The notes under the pieces were generated by a model, which was given only the letters and a program-made list of their open reading frames with translations, was not told where the DNA came from and searched no databases. Of a stretch of DNA of 64,000 bases, positions 14,862-34,178 are shown in pieces (positions within the stretch are counted from its first letter, which is position 1; each line of letters opens with the position of its first letter). The DNA is taken from the NCBI RefSeq assembly GCF_009914755.1, contig NC_060938.1; one strand, given 5' to 3'. Origin of the DNA: the human T2T-CHM13v2.0 reference genome, Homo sapiens. Made by a program: the position numbers and the translations under genes.

Positions 14862-14975
14862 GATGGAGTCTCACTATGTTGCCCCAACTGGTCTCAAACT
14901 CCTGGGTTCAAGCGACCCTCTTACCTCAGCCTCCTGAGTACCTGGGATTACAGAATTACAGGCACACACCACGGA
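14830..14975 (-). mobile_element. Alu monomer (FLAM-like)
   Basis: Poly-T followed by a single Alu monomer. Confidence 0.85.
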
Positions 14976-15149
14976 GTGGGGCCTGGCTGCCTGGCTTTCA
15001 GCAATTCTGATTGGCTGGACTCAGGGTTACCAGGTGGGACCAGGCCCAGGCCTGGAACTAAGGCTTCTGCACAACAGGCCTGGAAGGGATCTGACTGTTC
15101 AGTAACCGAACTTCTCTCTTCCCCAGGTGCCCGACCCTTTTACGGTGAT

Positions 15150-15575
15150 CTGCGTATCTTTAGCTAATAATTAACTTGTCACAAACCCCATCAATACCCC
15201 ATCAAGGGAGTGATAGAGGGAGAGGGAGGGGATGGGGGAAAACGGTCCCAGCCCAGCACCCCAGCCGGCCACAGCCCCACGCTCATCTGGCCCATAATAA
15301 ATAGGATGAAAGGCACTCCTGATAAATGCCCGTGTCAGGGAGAGATTTTAGCTTCACTCAGAAACAATGTAATATCTCGGCTATTACCCAAAATAATTTA
15401 TCAATGTGTAATAGCTTTGTGCAGGCCTCAGATAGGAGGGGAGCTGAGCTATCAGAGATGGATGTAGCCTACCTTCGGCTTTTAATTTTTAATGTTCGCA
15501 GCCAGCTTTGCATCAAAGGCCAGGTGTCATATAAAGACTTAATGTAAGAAGGGAGTTCATGAATTCTAATCAAGG
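15150..15575. promoter_or_regulatory. Candidate conserved developmental enhancer
   Basis: Repeat-free and AT-rich; many TAAT/ATTA cores; SOX AACAATG (15363), TCF ATCAAAG (15512), T-box/MEIS AGGTGTCA (15522), GATAA. Confidence 0.55.
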
Positions 15576-16044
15576 GACGAGTGCTCCCTGGCTGGCTGCT
15601 GTCACCTCCTGGCTGGTCTTATTGATCTTTTGTTTTCTCCCCTTCTGGTTCTTCTTGCTCTTCCTTCTCCTCTCTACGTCCTCCACCTCACCCCTCCCCT
15701 CCCTGCCCAACCCTTCCTGCCCCATCCCACCCTGGGTTTTCCTCTTCCCAAGATGCATTTGTTTTTTCCCACTGTAAAAGGGAGGGTCTCTGGCTGGGCC
15801 AGGGCAGCGAATGCAAAGATTCTGGAACAGCGGGATGAGACACCCAATTTCAAGATGGCAAGACTTTTTTTTTCTTCATTCATTCCATTTTTATTTATTC
15901 ATTCATTTCTTTTTCATTCATTCATCCAGAAAATGTTTTTAAATATTCACGAGGAGCCCAACTCTGCTACACAATGGAAGAGGCAGGCAAGATGGTTTCT
16001 GCCTCTAGAGGAGTTTCTAATCTTGCTGAGAAAATACTCTTTCA

Positions 16045-16351
16045 GGCCAGGCATGGTGACTCACACCTGTAATCCCAGCACTTTGGGAGGCCGAGGCGGA
16101 TGGATCACCTGAGGTCAGGAGTTTGAAACCAGCCTGGTCAACATGGTGAAACCCCGTCTCTACTAAAAATACAAAAATTAGCCGGGCATTCTGGCACATG
16201 CCTATAGTGCCAGCTGCTTGGGAGGCCTCGGCAGGAGAATCGCTTGAACCCAGGAGGCAGAGGTTGTAGTAAGCTGAGATCGTGCCACTGCACTCCACCT
16301 GGGGTGACAAAGTGAGACTCTGTCTCAAAAACAAAAACAAAAACAAAAAAA
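16045..16351 (+). mobile_element. Alu (S-type)
   Basis: Full Alu with (AAAAAC)n tail. Confidence 0.95.
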
Positions 16352-16464
16352 CTCTTCATGCAAACATACACGTGTAAATATGACTGGAGACAGTTGCATG
16401 AGATTTAAAGAAATCCTCAAGTGTCATCTTCTGAGTGAGGCTTTCCCTAATTTGTGCAGCTAAG

Positions 16465-16468
<4 letters not shown>

Positions 16469-16509
<41 letters not shown>
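16469..16509. repeat. (CA)n microsatellite
   Basis: About 20 CA units. Confidence 0.97.
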
Positions 16510-16511
<2 letters not shown>

Positions 16512-16576
16512 CAGCCAGCATCCCCTGTCCCACCTGGGCTTTCTTTTTCTCCTTCTACTACACTGTAGAAACTGCC

Positions 16577-17765
<1,189 letters not shown>

Positions 17766-19078
17766 CTATTTATTTTCTTTATGGTCTAACTCCTCCTACA
17801 CAAATATAAGTTCTTGAGGGCAGGGATTTGGACCTCTTTTGTTCACTGATATGGCCCTTGTGCATAGAACAGGGCTCTGTGTAGTAGCTGCTCAAAAAGT
17901 TATCTACTGACTGAATTAAGCAACAAAAAGGTGGTGCTCAGAGGACAAGAGCAATGGTATTGCCAAGCCTTGGACAGGAAATGAACAATTGTGCCTTCCA
18001 GCAGCAGGCTACTGTAGCTCCTCTGCCCTAGGGAGCTCCACCCCTCTTTCAGATGCTGTAAGATACTGTAAGTCCCTGGGTAAACCACACTCTCCATCTA
18101 GCCCCAGTCCAGCCTACCCCATTCCTGCCTCTCTTTGGTAGACTCCTGGTGGTTTCCTCCTGCTGCCCTTTTCCCAGCCTGACTCAGATCAGAGGCAGGA
18201 GTGGGAAAGGAGGAGGACAGGGGATGTATGTCCACCTGGCTGTGAGCTCACCAGGGTGGGGCTGGGCCTTATGCCTCCTCGGATCCCAGAGCACAGGTCC
18301 TGGCATGCAGTAGGTGCTCAGTTCTGGGCAGGCCCGTTTTTATGTGAGTGCCGCATTCTTGCAAACTGCTTCTAATTTCAAACTCACAGAATTCATGACA
18401 AGTTTTCCCCCAGGAATAGATATAAAGTAGGATCTGCCTCCTTTCAAAACTTTTGCACAAGTGAGACTTCCTACCATTTGCATTGTCCAGTTTCAGATTC
18501 TCTTGAAAATGCCAACTGTGCGAGAGGGGCCAAGTTCTCTCCCCTGCTTTTGTGGCCCTGTGGCCTCTTTCCACTGTTTCTGCCCTCAAGAATACAGGAT
18601 TCCTCCTCAAATCTCCCTTTTGTTCCTTTAAGACCCACTGCAAAGATCAGCCTCCTCCATGAAGCCCTCAGAAACAGTGGGCCCCTCCCTCCTCTGTGCT
18701 CTCAAAAAATTTTGTTCCTGCTTTTGTCACAGGCAGTTGAATTGTAAACGAGCTGCTAATGGGTCCATGTCTCCATTAGATCTTGAGTCCTTGACAGCAG
18801 ACACTATGTCTAAGTCATCTCTTTAATCCTATCACCTTGTAAATAAATGAAGGAATGAATGAGTGAATGGGGCGCCCAGGTAACTCCCACAGATCTCCTC
18901 CAAAGCTGATGTAAGCTTCTAAGCTGGATTCATCAGAATCACCTTTGGAGCTTAAAACAAACCAACAAACCAAAATAAAACAATGCAGATTCTTTTACGT
19001 CACTCCAAACCTTGCTTTAGAAATACCCCCGCTCCCAAGAGATTTTGAAGATCAGGCAAGTGGGAGCCATAGCGCTAA

Positions 19079-19470
<392 letters not shown>

Positions 19471-19674
19471 ACTCCAGGGAGAGTTTTTGTTTAACAAAGG
19501 CCCGAGGTGACTGCAGGAGTCAGAGCGGTTTGGGAAATGCCCCAGGCCCATGTACCTCAAGAGCTCTTAATCCTTGGTGAGGACACATCCTCCATCCCCT
19601 TTCAGACAATGAGTACTTCCAGAAGTCCCCAGTAATTTCCAGGGCAGGAAGGAACTTTAGTGATGATTCTATTG

Positions 19675-19900
19675 CAGGATTTGTCAACCTCAGTACTGTT
19701 GCCATTCTGGGTCAGATAATTCTTTGTTCTGGGAGGTCCTGTGTATGGTAGGATGTTTAGCAGCATCTCTGGACTCTATCCACTGCATGCCAGTAGTAAC
19801 ACCTGCCCCTCCATCCTCCAGTGTGACAACCCAAAATGTCTCCAGACATTGCCAAGTGTCCTGGGGGAATATATATCACCCCTTGCTAAGAAACACTTTG
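19675..19900 (+). mobile_element. MER20
   Basis: tcaacctcagtactgttgccatt...gataattctttgtt...gtaggatgtttagcagcatc...aaaatgtctccagacattgccaa. Confidence 0.88.
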
Positions 19901-20675
19901 GTCCTGCCTGGGGCTCAGGAAGGCTGAATTCTTTGCCCAAGGGGAGTAACAATAAGATTTCAGGAAATAGTAAAAAGTGAAGATGAAGACGATGTACAAA
20001 GACGTTCATCACAGTTTTGTTTATAACAACAAAACGACCAAACTAGAAGCAGCCAAAGCGACTAAAAATAAAAGAAAGATTTGTTAGCACTTATGGCACC
20101 TTGTAAAATGGGATTTAGGCAGCCATGAAAATAGCAGTATCAAAGATTAACTAATGACATTGAAAAATAAAGGTTATATGAAAAAAACAGCTTACATGGC
20201 GGGATGAAGAGTGTGGTCCCAACATTATCTAAATGTGAAAGCAAAAGAACATAACTTTTTGCTATTTTCACAATGGACACTTAGTTAATTTTTTTTCCTG
20301 AATAAAACTTATTGTACTAAAAAAACTAAAACAATACAGAGAAACTGAAATTCTTCCTCTACATTCTACTTCCTAATCACAAGGCCAGAGGAAAATGTCG
20401 GGGCATCCCAGGCAGAGTAAGAATTAACAGGTTACACTGGTATTCTTCAAGCACACATTCAATATTTCTTTATTGGGAGTGGAGAGAAACTGATACTTAC
20501 TGAACAAAAACAAAAACAGTATATCCTCTGTTTCAAAATAAGCAATTTATAAGCAAGCACTGAAGATGTTTTGTTTTCAATTACAAAATAATTGAAATAT
20601 ATGGAAGGTTATAGAAAACAATATAAACAAATTCCTATGTACCTACGTTAACTTACTTTAGGTGTTTAGTTTTTA

Positions 20676-21002
<327 letters not shown>

Positions 21003-21083
21003 TGTTGTAAATCTACTTAAATAGTCTAAGCCATATTCTCTTACATTTTTCTTGCCTACTTGTCCTGAAAGAAATCACTATCT

Positions 21084-21383
<300 letters not shown>

Positions 21384-21761
21384 TCACTATCTTGAAGGTG
21401 TTAACAATCATTTCCAGGCATGTTTTAATATATTTATTATATGTGCATATATCCATAAATAATTTCAGTCATGCAATTAAATGAATTTATTAATTAATAT
21501 TAATATAAATAGCATCAAATTATAGTCTCTTGCAATTTACTTTTTAAATCTTGTGATTTTTAAAAATTTATTTATATTTATGCATATAGATTTATTTATT
21601 TCAGTTGTGAATTATTATGACATTATATGACTAAATTACAGCTTATCAATCCTTTCTTCTACTGCAGGACAGTTCTACTCTCATTTTTCCATTATTTCAA
21701 ACAATGTCCTGGTGAGTTTCCTGCAGATCTCCCTGTGAATTTGTGGGAGAGTTTGATTTCT

Positions 21762-24150
<2,389 letters not shown>

Positions 24151-24539
24151 GGTTAGCTAAACAGAAGCTAAATTACTGGGTGGTGGGGTGGGCGCATTTT
24201 ACCTTTACTAGTCCCTCTCAAATTGCTCTTCAAAGTGGTTTTATCAACTTCCCTCCCACCAGCAATGTGTAAGCGTTCTCAAGTCTCCATATCCTGATCA
24301 TCACTGGGTGTTGTCCAACTTATGGTTTTTGCCGATCTAGTGGGTATGAAATGGTGCCTCATCGCTGTATTCATTACAGGAGAGCATGTCAAGTACATTT
24401 GGAGCAGTCTTTCCAATCAGTTCTTTAACCACTCATAGTTGGGTGGTACTTATGGCACTCACTAATAATTGAGGTAGTTCCCAAGAATATAGATATATAA
24501 AATCTCTATATATCTCTATGTTGAATAGGTTTAAAAGTT

Positions 24540-25085
24540 GGGTGTCTTTTTCCCTCTAGCTTTCATGTTGGCAAAACATTTCCCACTTCAATTTTCTTCT
24601 GCAATTTTCCAAATGAGAGAGCTTCTGGAAAATGCTATTCTAGGGTTTTTAATAATTTATCCCCTGTAAACACTGCTAGCCCATATGTGATTTGGTTTCA
24701 AAATTGCAGTTGATTACACAGCAGATTAGAGCCTGCTGTTTTCAGGAGCGGTGATGCTGCCTATAGTAGTAGCATGTGTACATTGTCGAAACCCTCAACA
24801 CAGATTTGTAGATGCTGCTAAAACTGACTGTGCAGGAATCTCGGTGAGAAATGGTATATCAGTCTCTAACATGCTAACTTTTCAGGAGACTTTCTAGAAT
24901 GCATGTGTGTGTGTGTGTGATTTTTGCTTTACCTGTCGACTCTATAAACTCACCTCATGTGAGGAGCAAGGCTATTCTAAATAGTATGTGGGAGCCAGAA
25001 TTAACAGGCACCAGGTTTCTCATTTCTCATTTATTTCATTACTGTTTAGCTCCCCTTATAAATTTGCGTTCTCAGCATCTGTTCA
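24540..25085. promoter_or_regulatory. Candidate conserved non-coding island
   Basis: Unique AT-rich sequence between TEs with TAAT/GATTA, CATTGT and TTATAAA motifs. Confidence 0.35.
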
Positions 25086-25090
25086 TCTAA

Positions 25091-25279
25091 ACCAGAAATT
25101 GGCAAACTTTTACCATATAACTCCAGATAGTAAATATTTTAGGTTTTGTGGGCCACATGATCTCTGTTACAACTACTCACCTCTCCTTTTGCAGGGTGAA
25201 AGCAACCAGCCATAATAAGTAAACCAAAGGTGTGGTTGTATTTCAAGAAAGCTTTATTTGCAAAAACAAGAGAGTGGTA
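25091..25279 (+). mobile_element. MER58A
   Basis: ttggcaaactttt...ccagatagtaaatattttaggttttgtgggccac...ctttatttgcaaaaaca. Confidence 0.85.
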
Positions 25280-25930
<651 letters not shown>

Positions 25931-25949
25931 TTATATACATATATACACA

Positions 25950-27500
<1,551 letters not shown>

Positions 27501-27720
27501 CTGGTAACATGAAGAAATGCCTTACAAGCCAAAGTTGGGTTTCCCCATATGTATGAATTCTAGAAGGTGGGGGCATCTTCTGGCTAATAGCCTGCCCTGA
27601 ATTAGTAGGCCCACAGATTTTCTCATCTATTTATTTTCTTCCCCTGGCCCCTGATACCTCTGCTATGTCTATTTATTTTCATTTCAATATATTGTATCAT
27701 CAGAAAAAAATTACTTTTTT

Positions 27721-28317
<597 letters not shown>

Positions 28318-28675
28318 GGTATTTTTTTTTAAGTTTAGGAGAAGGGCATTTCAGGTGGAATGAACAAAATTATAAAGGTGGGATATGCGAGTAGTGGTTT
28401 GGGGGCTTAGAATATATCCAAGTTATGGCAAATGAGTAGTGGAAAAATAAGACTGAAAAGGTAGTTATATTCAGATTACCAAGGACACTAAATATCATAG
28501 TAAAGTGTGTTAATTTTGCTGATGGGGCAAAGGGCAACCATTCATTGAGAGCTGTTGAGTAAGAAAGCGACATAGAGGTGAACATAGGGAGGAGGATCCC
28601 GGCTGCACGTTTAGGTTGGAAAAGCAAGAACAACACCTGGAATTGGAGGATATTTGTAAAAGGAGGGAAGAAGGC

Positions 28676-29703
28676 TGTGATGGTTAATAATTGAGTGTCA
28701 ACTTGACTGGATTGAAGGATGCAAAGTACTGTTCTTGGGTGTGTCTGTGAGGGTGTTGCCAAAGGAGATTAACATTTGAGTCAGTGGACTGGGAGAGGCA
28801 GACCCACACTCAGTCTAGGTGGGCACCATCTAATCAGCTGGCAGCACAGCTAGAATAAAGCAGGCCAGAAGAAGTTGGAAAGAGCAGACGTGTTAATAGT
28901 GGAGGGTGTCCAGTTTCTTGGCTTCTTGAACAAAGAATTGGACAAAAGGCACAAACAAAGCAAGGAAAGAATGAAGCAACAAGAGCAGAGATTTATTGAA
29001 AACGAAAGTACACTCCATAGGGTGGGAGTGGGCTGAGCAGCGGCTCCAGAGCCCCGAGACAGAATCTTCTGGGGTCCAAATACCCCCTAGAGGTTCCCCA
29101 CTGGCCACTTGGTGTACACCCCATGCAAATGAAGTAGTGACCCGTAATCAGTCTGATTGGTTGCAGAAAGCAACCAATCATAAATACTTTCGATTTTCCA
29201 CCTGCCATGCAGAAAGATGTGGGGAGGGTTTGCAAAGGGAATAGCTTCTGGTCCTTTTGTTACTTAGGTTTGGAAAGTTGAGTTTTTTCCTTTGATTTAG
29301 TTCTGGGCAGTCAGCGTGAATCAGCCATAGATTCCCTGCCTCCAGACACTATTCTCCTGTCTCAGACCCACAGAGTCTTCCGGCCCCATTTTTCTATGGT
29401 GTTAGATGCTTCCTGACCTTGAACATCAGACTGCAAGTTCTTCTGCTTTTGGACTCTTGGACTTATGGCAGTGATTTGCCAAGGACTCTCGGGCCTTAAG
29501 CCACAGACTGAAGGCTGCACTGTTGGCTTCCCTACTTTTGAGGTTTTGGGACTCAGACTGGCTTCCTAGCTCCACAGCTTGCAGACGGCCTATTGTGGGA
29601 CTTCACCTTGTGATCGTGTCAGTCAATACTCCTTAATTAACTCCCCTTCATATATACATCTATCCTATTAGTTCTGTCCCTCTAGAGAACCCCAACCAAT
29701 ACA
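28676..29703 (+). mobile_element. MLT2 (ERVL) solo LTR interrupted by MER51
   Basis: tgtgatggttaata...gagtgtcaacttgactggattgaaggatgc start; cctattagttctgtccctctagagaaccc...aataca end. Confidence 0.9.
28891..29364 (-). mobile_element. MER51-type ERV1 solo LTR
   Basis: TG...CA termini; minus strand starts TGAGACAGGAGAATAGTGTCTGGAGGCAGGGAA; near-TSD gacg/gacc. Confidence 0.85.
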
Positions 29704-30667
29704 GGGGCAATGAGTGTCCCATTCACAGTTCAACACACATTTTTGCATAGCTGGAACTGGGGAAATAGAGATGGATACAGAAGATTCATCTGCCTTGAGG
29801 AACTCTTTGAGGCTATGGGAGCCAGTGGACTCATCAAAAGGAGGCAGTAGAAAGGGATGGAAACAAACAAAGAAGGAACTTGGGGAAGTGCCTGCACTGG
29901 GGCGCAGGAGCAGAAAGAGGAGCCAGCGAAGGAGGCAAGAGTGATCAAGGAAGAAGGAGAGCCAGGAGGGCACAGTGCCATAGAGGCCCCAGGAGAGAAG
30001 TATCACCAAGGAGGAGCCAGGCATGGCCGAGAGGTGTGAAGGCTGCTGAGAAACTGGGTGCAGCCCTTGGATGTGGCTGTTGGGTTCTAGTTAATGTCTT
30101 AGAATTTGACTCAGTAAAGCAGGAGAGGGGAAGCCAGACCGGAAGGAGGAAATGGAGGCACCAGGTAAATGTTGCCCTTTGGAGAAGCTAGGTGGTATTA
30201 TAAAGGAAGAAGGTGAGAAAGCAAAACCTGAAGAAAATGGGACCGAGGGATGTTGTCATTCTCTTTGATGCCATGGCAGATCCCCTCCTTGCTCCTCTGA
30301 GTCTGCCCGAGGACAGACACACCTTCACCCAGGGCAGCCAAGCAGAGCTACCCGTGCTGCCTGTACCTACACAGCTGTCATCTGCCCGTGGGCATGAGAG
30401 TGGGGTCCGTGTGGCCAATGTCTCCTTGTATTTTATTACTCACATGCGACACTTAATTACCAGCCTTCTGGATTCTGGACAAAGAGGTGATGCTTCTATT
30501 GCCTAGAGAAGAAAACAATGGTGTTATCACCACTGAAAGCAGAAGAACAGGGGCAAACTCCTGTCAGGCAGTGACAAGAAACAATTCAGTCTCGCCCCTC
30601 TCCCACCCAGAACTCTGTTGGTCAAGCATAAATCTTTTCATTAGTATGGAATTCTGTGTTCCTTTAA

Positions 30668-31043
<376 letters not shown>

Positions 31044-31169
31044 GCCTGGATGGTATTATTACAAGGAAGGAAACAAACAAAGGAAGGACTTTGGGAAGTA
31101 CTTGCATTTGGGGGAAGGAGCACAAAGAGGAGCCAGTTAGTTTGTAGGGCTCCAAGCAAGATAGGGGAT

Positions 31170-31730
31170 GATATCTCCATCTCTTATCTCTCTATATATA
31201 GATAGATAGGTAGTTAGATAGATAGAGAATAGGTGGGCAGATAGCTAGTTATGTTAAATAGATAGATTGAAGGGCTTGGGGTATGTGATTGTGGGGCTGG
31301 CAGGGCAAATTCGAATCCACAGAGCAGGCATCAGAAAGGGTGGGCTGGAACTCTCAGGCGTGGGCTGACGCTGCTGTCCACAGGCAGAAATCTCTTCTTT
31401 ACGGAAGCTTTGGCTCTGCTTTTAAGATCTTTCAACCGATTGAATCAGGTCCACCTAGATTTTCAAGAATTGTCTCCCCTAAAGTCAATGGATTGTGGGC
31501 TTTACGCATGTTTACAAAATACCTTCGTGATAACACTAAGCGTGTGCACATGTGCACACAAATGCTCAGACACACACACACACACTCACACACACACTCA
31601 AGCTGATTTGCCCAAGTTTGTTTGCATAGAGACAACTGGGAGATTTGCTGCCAGGGCCACCACATTTTCAGTTAGTGCTTGGCTGAATAACTGGGGACTG
31701 AAGCCTAGCCACACTGACACACCAACTTCA
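31170..31730 (-). mobile_element. MLT2 (E/F-like) LTR with TAGA repeat, interrupted by a templated insertion
   Basis: ctttcaaccgattgaatcagg...tacaaaataccttc...aacactaag | ttagtgcttggctgaataactggggac...agcctagcca matches the antisense MLT2 5' end. Confidence 0.8.
31541..31671 (+). repeat. Diverged direct copy of 32777-32908
   Basis: Shares the CA run, tcaagctgatttgcccaagttt, agagacaact and agggccaccacattttcag with the donor; both copies are preceded by acactaag. Confidence 0.9.
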
Positions 31731-31975
31731 GGACAGGCAAATCCATAGAGTCAGAAAGTAGATGAGTGGTTGTGTCAGAGGGACTGGGGGAGGAGGAGGA
31801 ATGGGGAATGATCACTCAAAGGGTACAGTGTGTTCTTCTGGGGTGAGGGAAAAGTTTTGGAACTAGAGAGGTGGTGGTTGCCCACATTGTGAATGCATCA
31901 AATGTCACTGAATGGTACACGGAATGGTTAGTTGCATGTTATGTGAATTGCAGTTCAATTCAAAATAAAGAAAGA
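31730..31975 (+). mobile_element. L1MB-like 3' end
   Basis: ggcaaatccatagag...cagaaagtaga...gtggttg, ttttggaactaga, cacattgtgaatg, cactgaatggtacac. Confidence 0.85.
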
Positions 31976-32124
31976 GTCCTAACAAATACATGGAGAAATG
32001 GTTGACTTCTGTCTTTCCCTGGCGCCCTAGGGCTCCCCCTAGCTGACCCCTGAAGACTCCATTCTTGAAGAGATCTGGCCCCACTCCAAACAAAATGAAC
32101 CAATCAAAGTTTCAGTTTGAAGAC

Positions 32125-32134
32125 AGAGAGAGAG

Positions 32135-32206
<72 letters not shown>

Positions 32207-32232
32207 GAGAGAGAGAGGAGAGAGAGAGAGAG

Positions 32233-32304
<72 letters not shown>

Positions 32305-32310
32305 AGAGAA
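32125..32310 (+). repeat. (GA)n/GGA pure purine tract
   Basis: About 185 bp of only G and A. Confidence 0.97.
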
Positions 32311-32559
32311 CAAGGCTTCACCAACCTCCCAAGCTCCTGACACCCTGGGCCTTTGGCCTGGCCAAGTGCCAGCCAGAGCCCTCCGGCTGGAGTGGTTGAT
32401 GGCTGCATGGTCCTGAGCTCAGCTAAGGTCCCTGATGTTCCTCTGATCCCCTTCCTAGGTCAGGAACTCAGGGGAGAGGCCTCCCAGGTACCTTCTGTTG
32501 CCAAATGGTCCGAGCCCCTCTAATCAGGGTCTCTGACTGTTGAGTCCCTGTGGCTAACA

Positions 32560-32720
32560 CAGTGACTCTAACTGCCGTGTACTACAAATTAATTCATTCC
32601 GTTAGGCCTTGCTGTTCGGTAACTGGCTGTCACAGAGATCGCCCCGGGAGCTAATTGAGAGTTGCGATCCGTGGCCGTATTTCCATTAGCGGCATAATGA
32701 CAGGCAGCCACTGCGCACAC
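32560..32720. promoter_or_regulatory. Candidate conserved enhancer
   Basis: AATTAATT, CTAATTG, CATTAG, ATAATGACAG, CTGTCA; about 10 CpGs retained in 150 bp of unique sequence. Confidence 0.5.
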
Positions 32721-32794
32721 ACAAATACACACTGAAGCACAAAACACGGGTACACATATACACACCAGACACTAAGTGCGAGATACGAGCATAC

Positions 32795-33396
32795 AAACGC
32801 TTAGGGACACACACACACACACACACACACAGAGTCAAGCTGATTTGCCCAAGTTTATTAGCACAGAGACAACTTGGGGATTGTGTACGAGGGCCACCAC
32901 ATTTTCAGATCCCCTAGACGAGGATGAAGCCCCTGTGAACACAGACACTGGGACTGACCCACTGGCCACTGCCAAGAACACAAAGCCCCGCCCCCACATG
33001 CTGAGGCACCTGGGTCCATAGGTGCTCCTGTGGGCCGTGGGACCTGGGTGTCCTCACTTGGCTTCCTTTGACCAAGGGGAGAGACAAGCTTGTGACCACT
33101 GCAGAGACTCTGTGTGGACGTGTGCACAGCAGTTGGTGTGAATAAATGGTCAACGGTTCTCATTTCAACCAAAGTTCACTAACCTCCAGCTCTTTGTCAG
33201 GGAGTGGAGATGAATACATTCATTAATTGTTCAAGAAGTCCTTACTGGCTGGGCACAGTGGCTCACGCCTGTAATCCCAGCACCTTTGGAGGCCGAGGTG
33301 GGAGGATTGCTTGAGCCCAGGAGTTCAAGACCAGCCTGCGCAACACAGGGAGACTCTGTCTCTACAAAAAATACAAAAATTAGCCAGGCGTGGTGG
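32795..33396 (+). repeat. Inverted repeat, left arm
   Basis: Reverse complement of 34178-34795; 9 substitutions by manual alignment plus (AC)12 vs (AC)20. Confidence 0.97.
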
Positions 33397-33545
33397 TCGC
33401 ACCTGTAGTCCTAGCTACTTGGGAGGCTGAAGCAGGAGGATCCCTTGAGTCCAGGAGTTCAAGCCTGCAGTGAGCCATGATGGTGACACTGAACTCCAGC
33501 CTGGGCAATAGAGCAAGATCCTATCTCCAAAAATAAATAAATGAA
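33247..33545 (+). mobile_element. AluJ (left half lies inside the inverted-repeat arm)
   Basis: gggaggattgcttgagcccaggagttc; full dimer. Confidence 0.93.
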
Positions 33546-33616
33546 TTTTTAAAAATATTAAAAAAGAAATCCTCATTTGGCTAAGAACCAGGCATCTTTC
33601 TCCCCACTCAGTGATT

Positions 33617-34000
33617 GTCTTAGGCTGGGTTCCCCAGAAGCAGAGCCTGAGTGAGGATGTGAATGAGGTGGTTTCTGGGACAGGAAGCTCCTGAAGGGGC
33701 ACGGGACAGTGAAAACAGGGAAGGGAAGGAAGGCGATGCAGTGAATGTCAGGGAGCAACTCACCCTGTGGGCACCTGGGGTGCAGTCATGCTGGGGACCC
33801 TGGGAGAGTGTGCAGAACAAGTCCCAGTATTGTCCTACTCCTGCCTGAGGACAGAGGAGCTGAGGCATTATCTTAAGTTCCCACTGGACATTAGTTGAGG
33901 GTTGCTCCCAGGGGCATGAGCTCCCTGGCACTTCTAGCCTAACCGTTGTGCAGACCAAGCCTGCTTCCTAGCCAGCAGCCCTCCGTCAGAGTCAGGGCTT
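33617..34000 (-). mobile_element. LTR16-like ERVL LTR, truncated
   Basis: tgtcttaggctgggttccccagaagcagagcctgag matches the antisense LTR16 3' end. Confidence 0.7.
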
Positions 34001-34020
34001 CTTCAGTAAGTACCTAAAGA

Positions 34021-34178
34021 GTGAGTGTAGGGAAAGTGAGTGCAGGGGAGGTGAGTGCAGGGAAAGTGAGTGCAGGGAAGGTGAGTGCAGGGGAGGTGAG
34101 TGCAGGGGAGGTGAGTGCAGGGGAGGTAAGTGCAGGGGAGGTGAGCGTAGGGGAGGTGAATGCAGGGGAGGTGAGTGC
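34021..34178 (+). repeat. 15-bp minisatellite (GTGAGTGCAGGGGAG) x ~10.5
   Basis: Units start exactly every 15 bp from 34021 to 34171. Confidence 0.97.

Noticed and set aside
34021-34178. CRISPR-like or coding (HSPPL)n repeat
   Set aside because: Head-to-tail units without unique spacers in primate DNA; it is a minisatellite.
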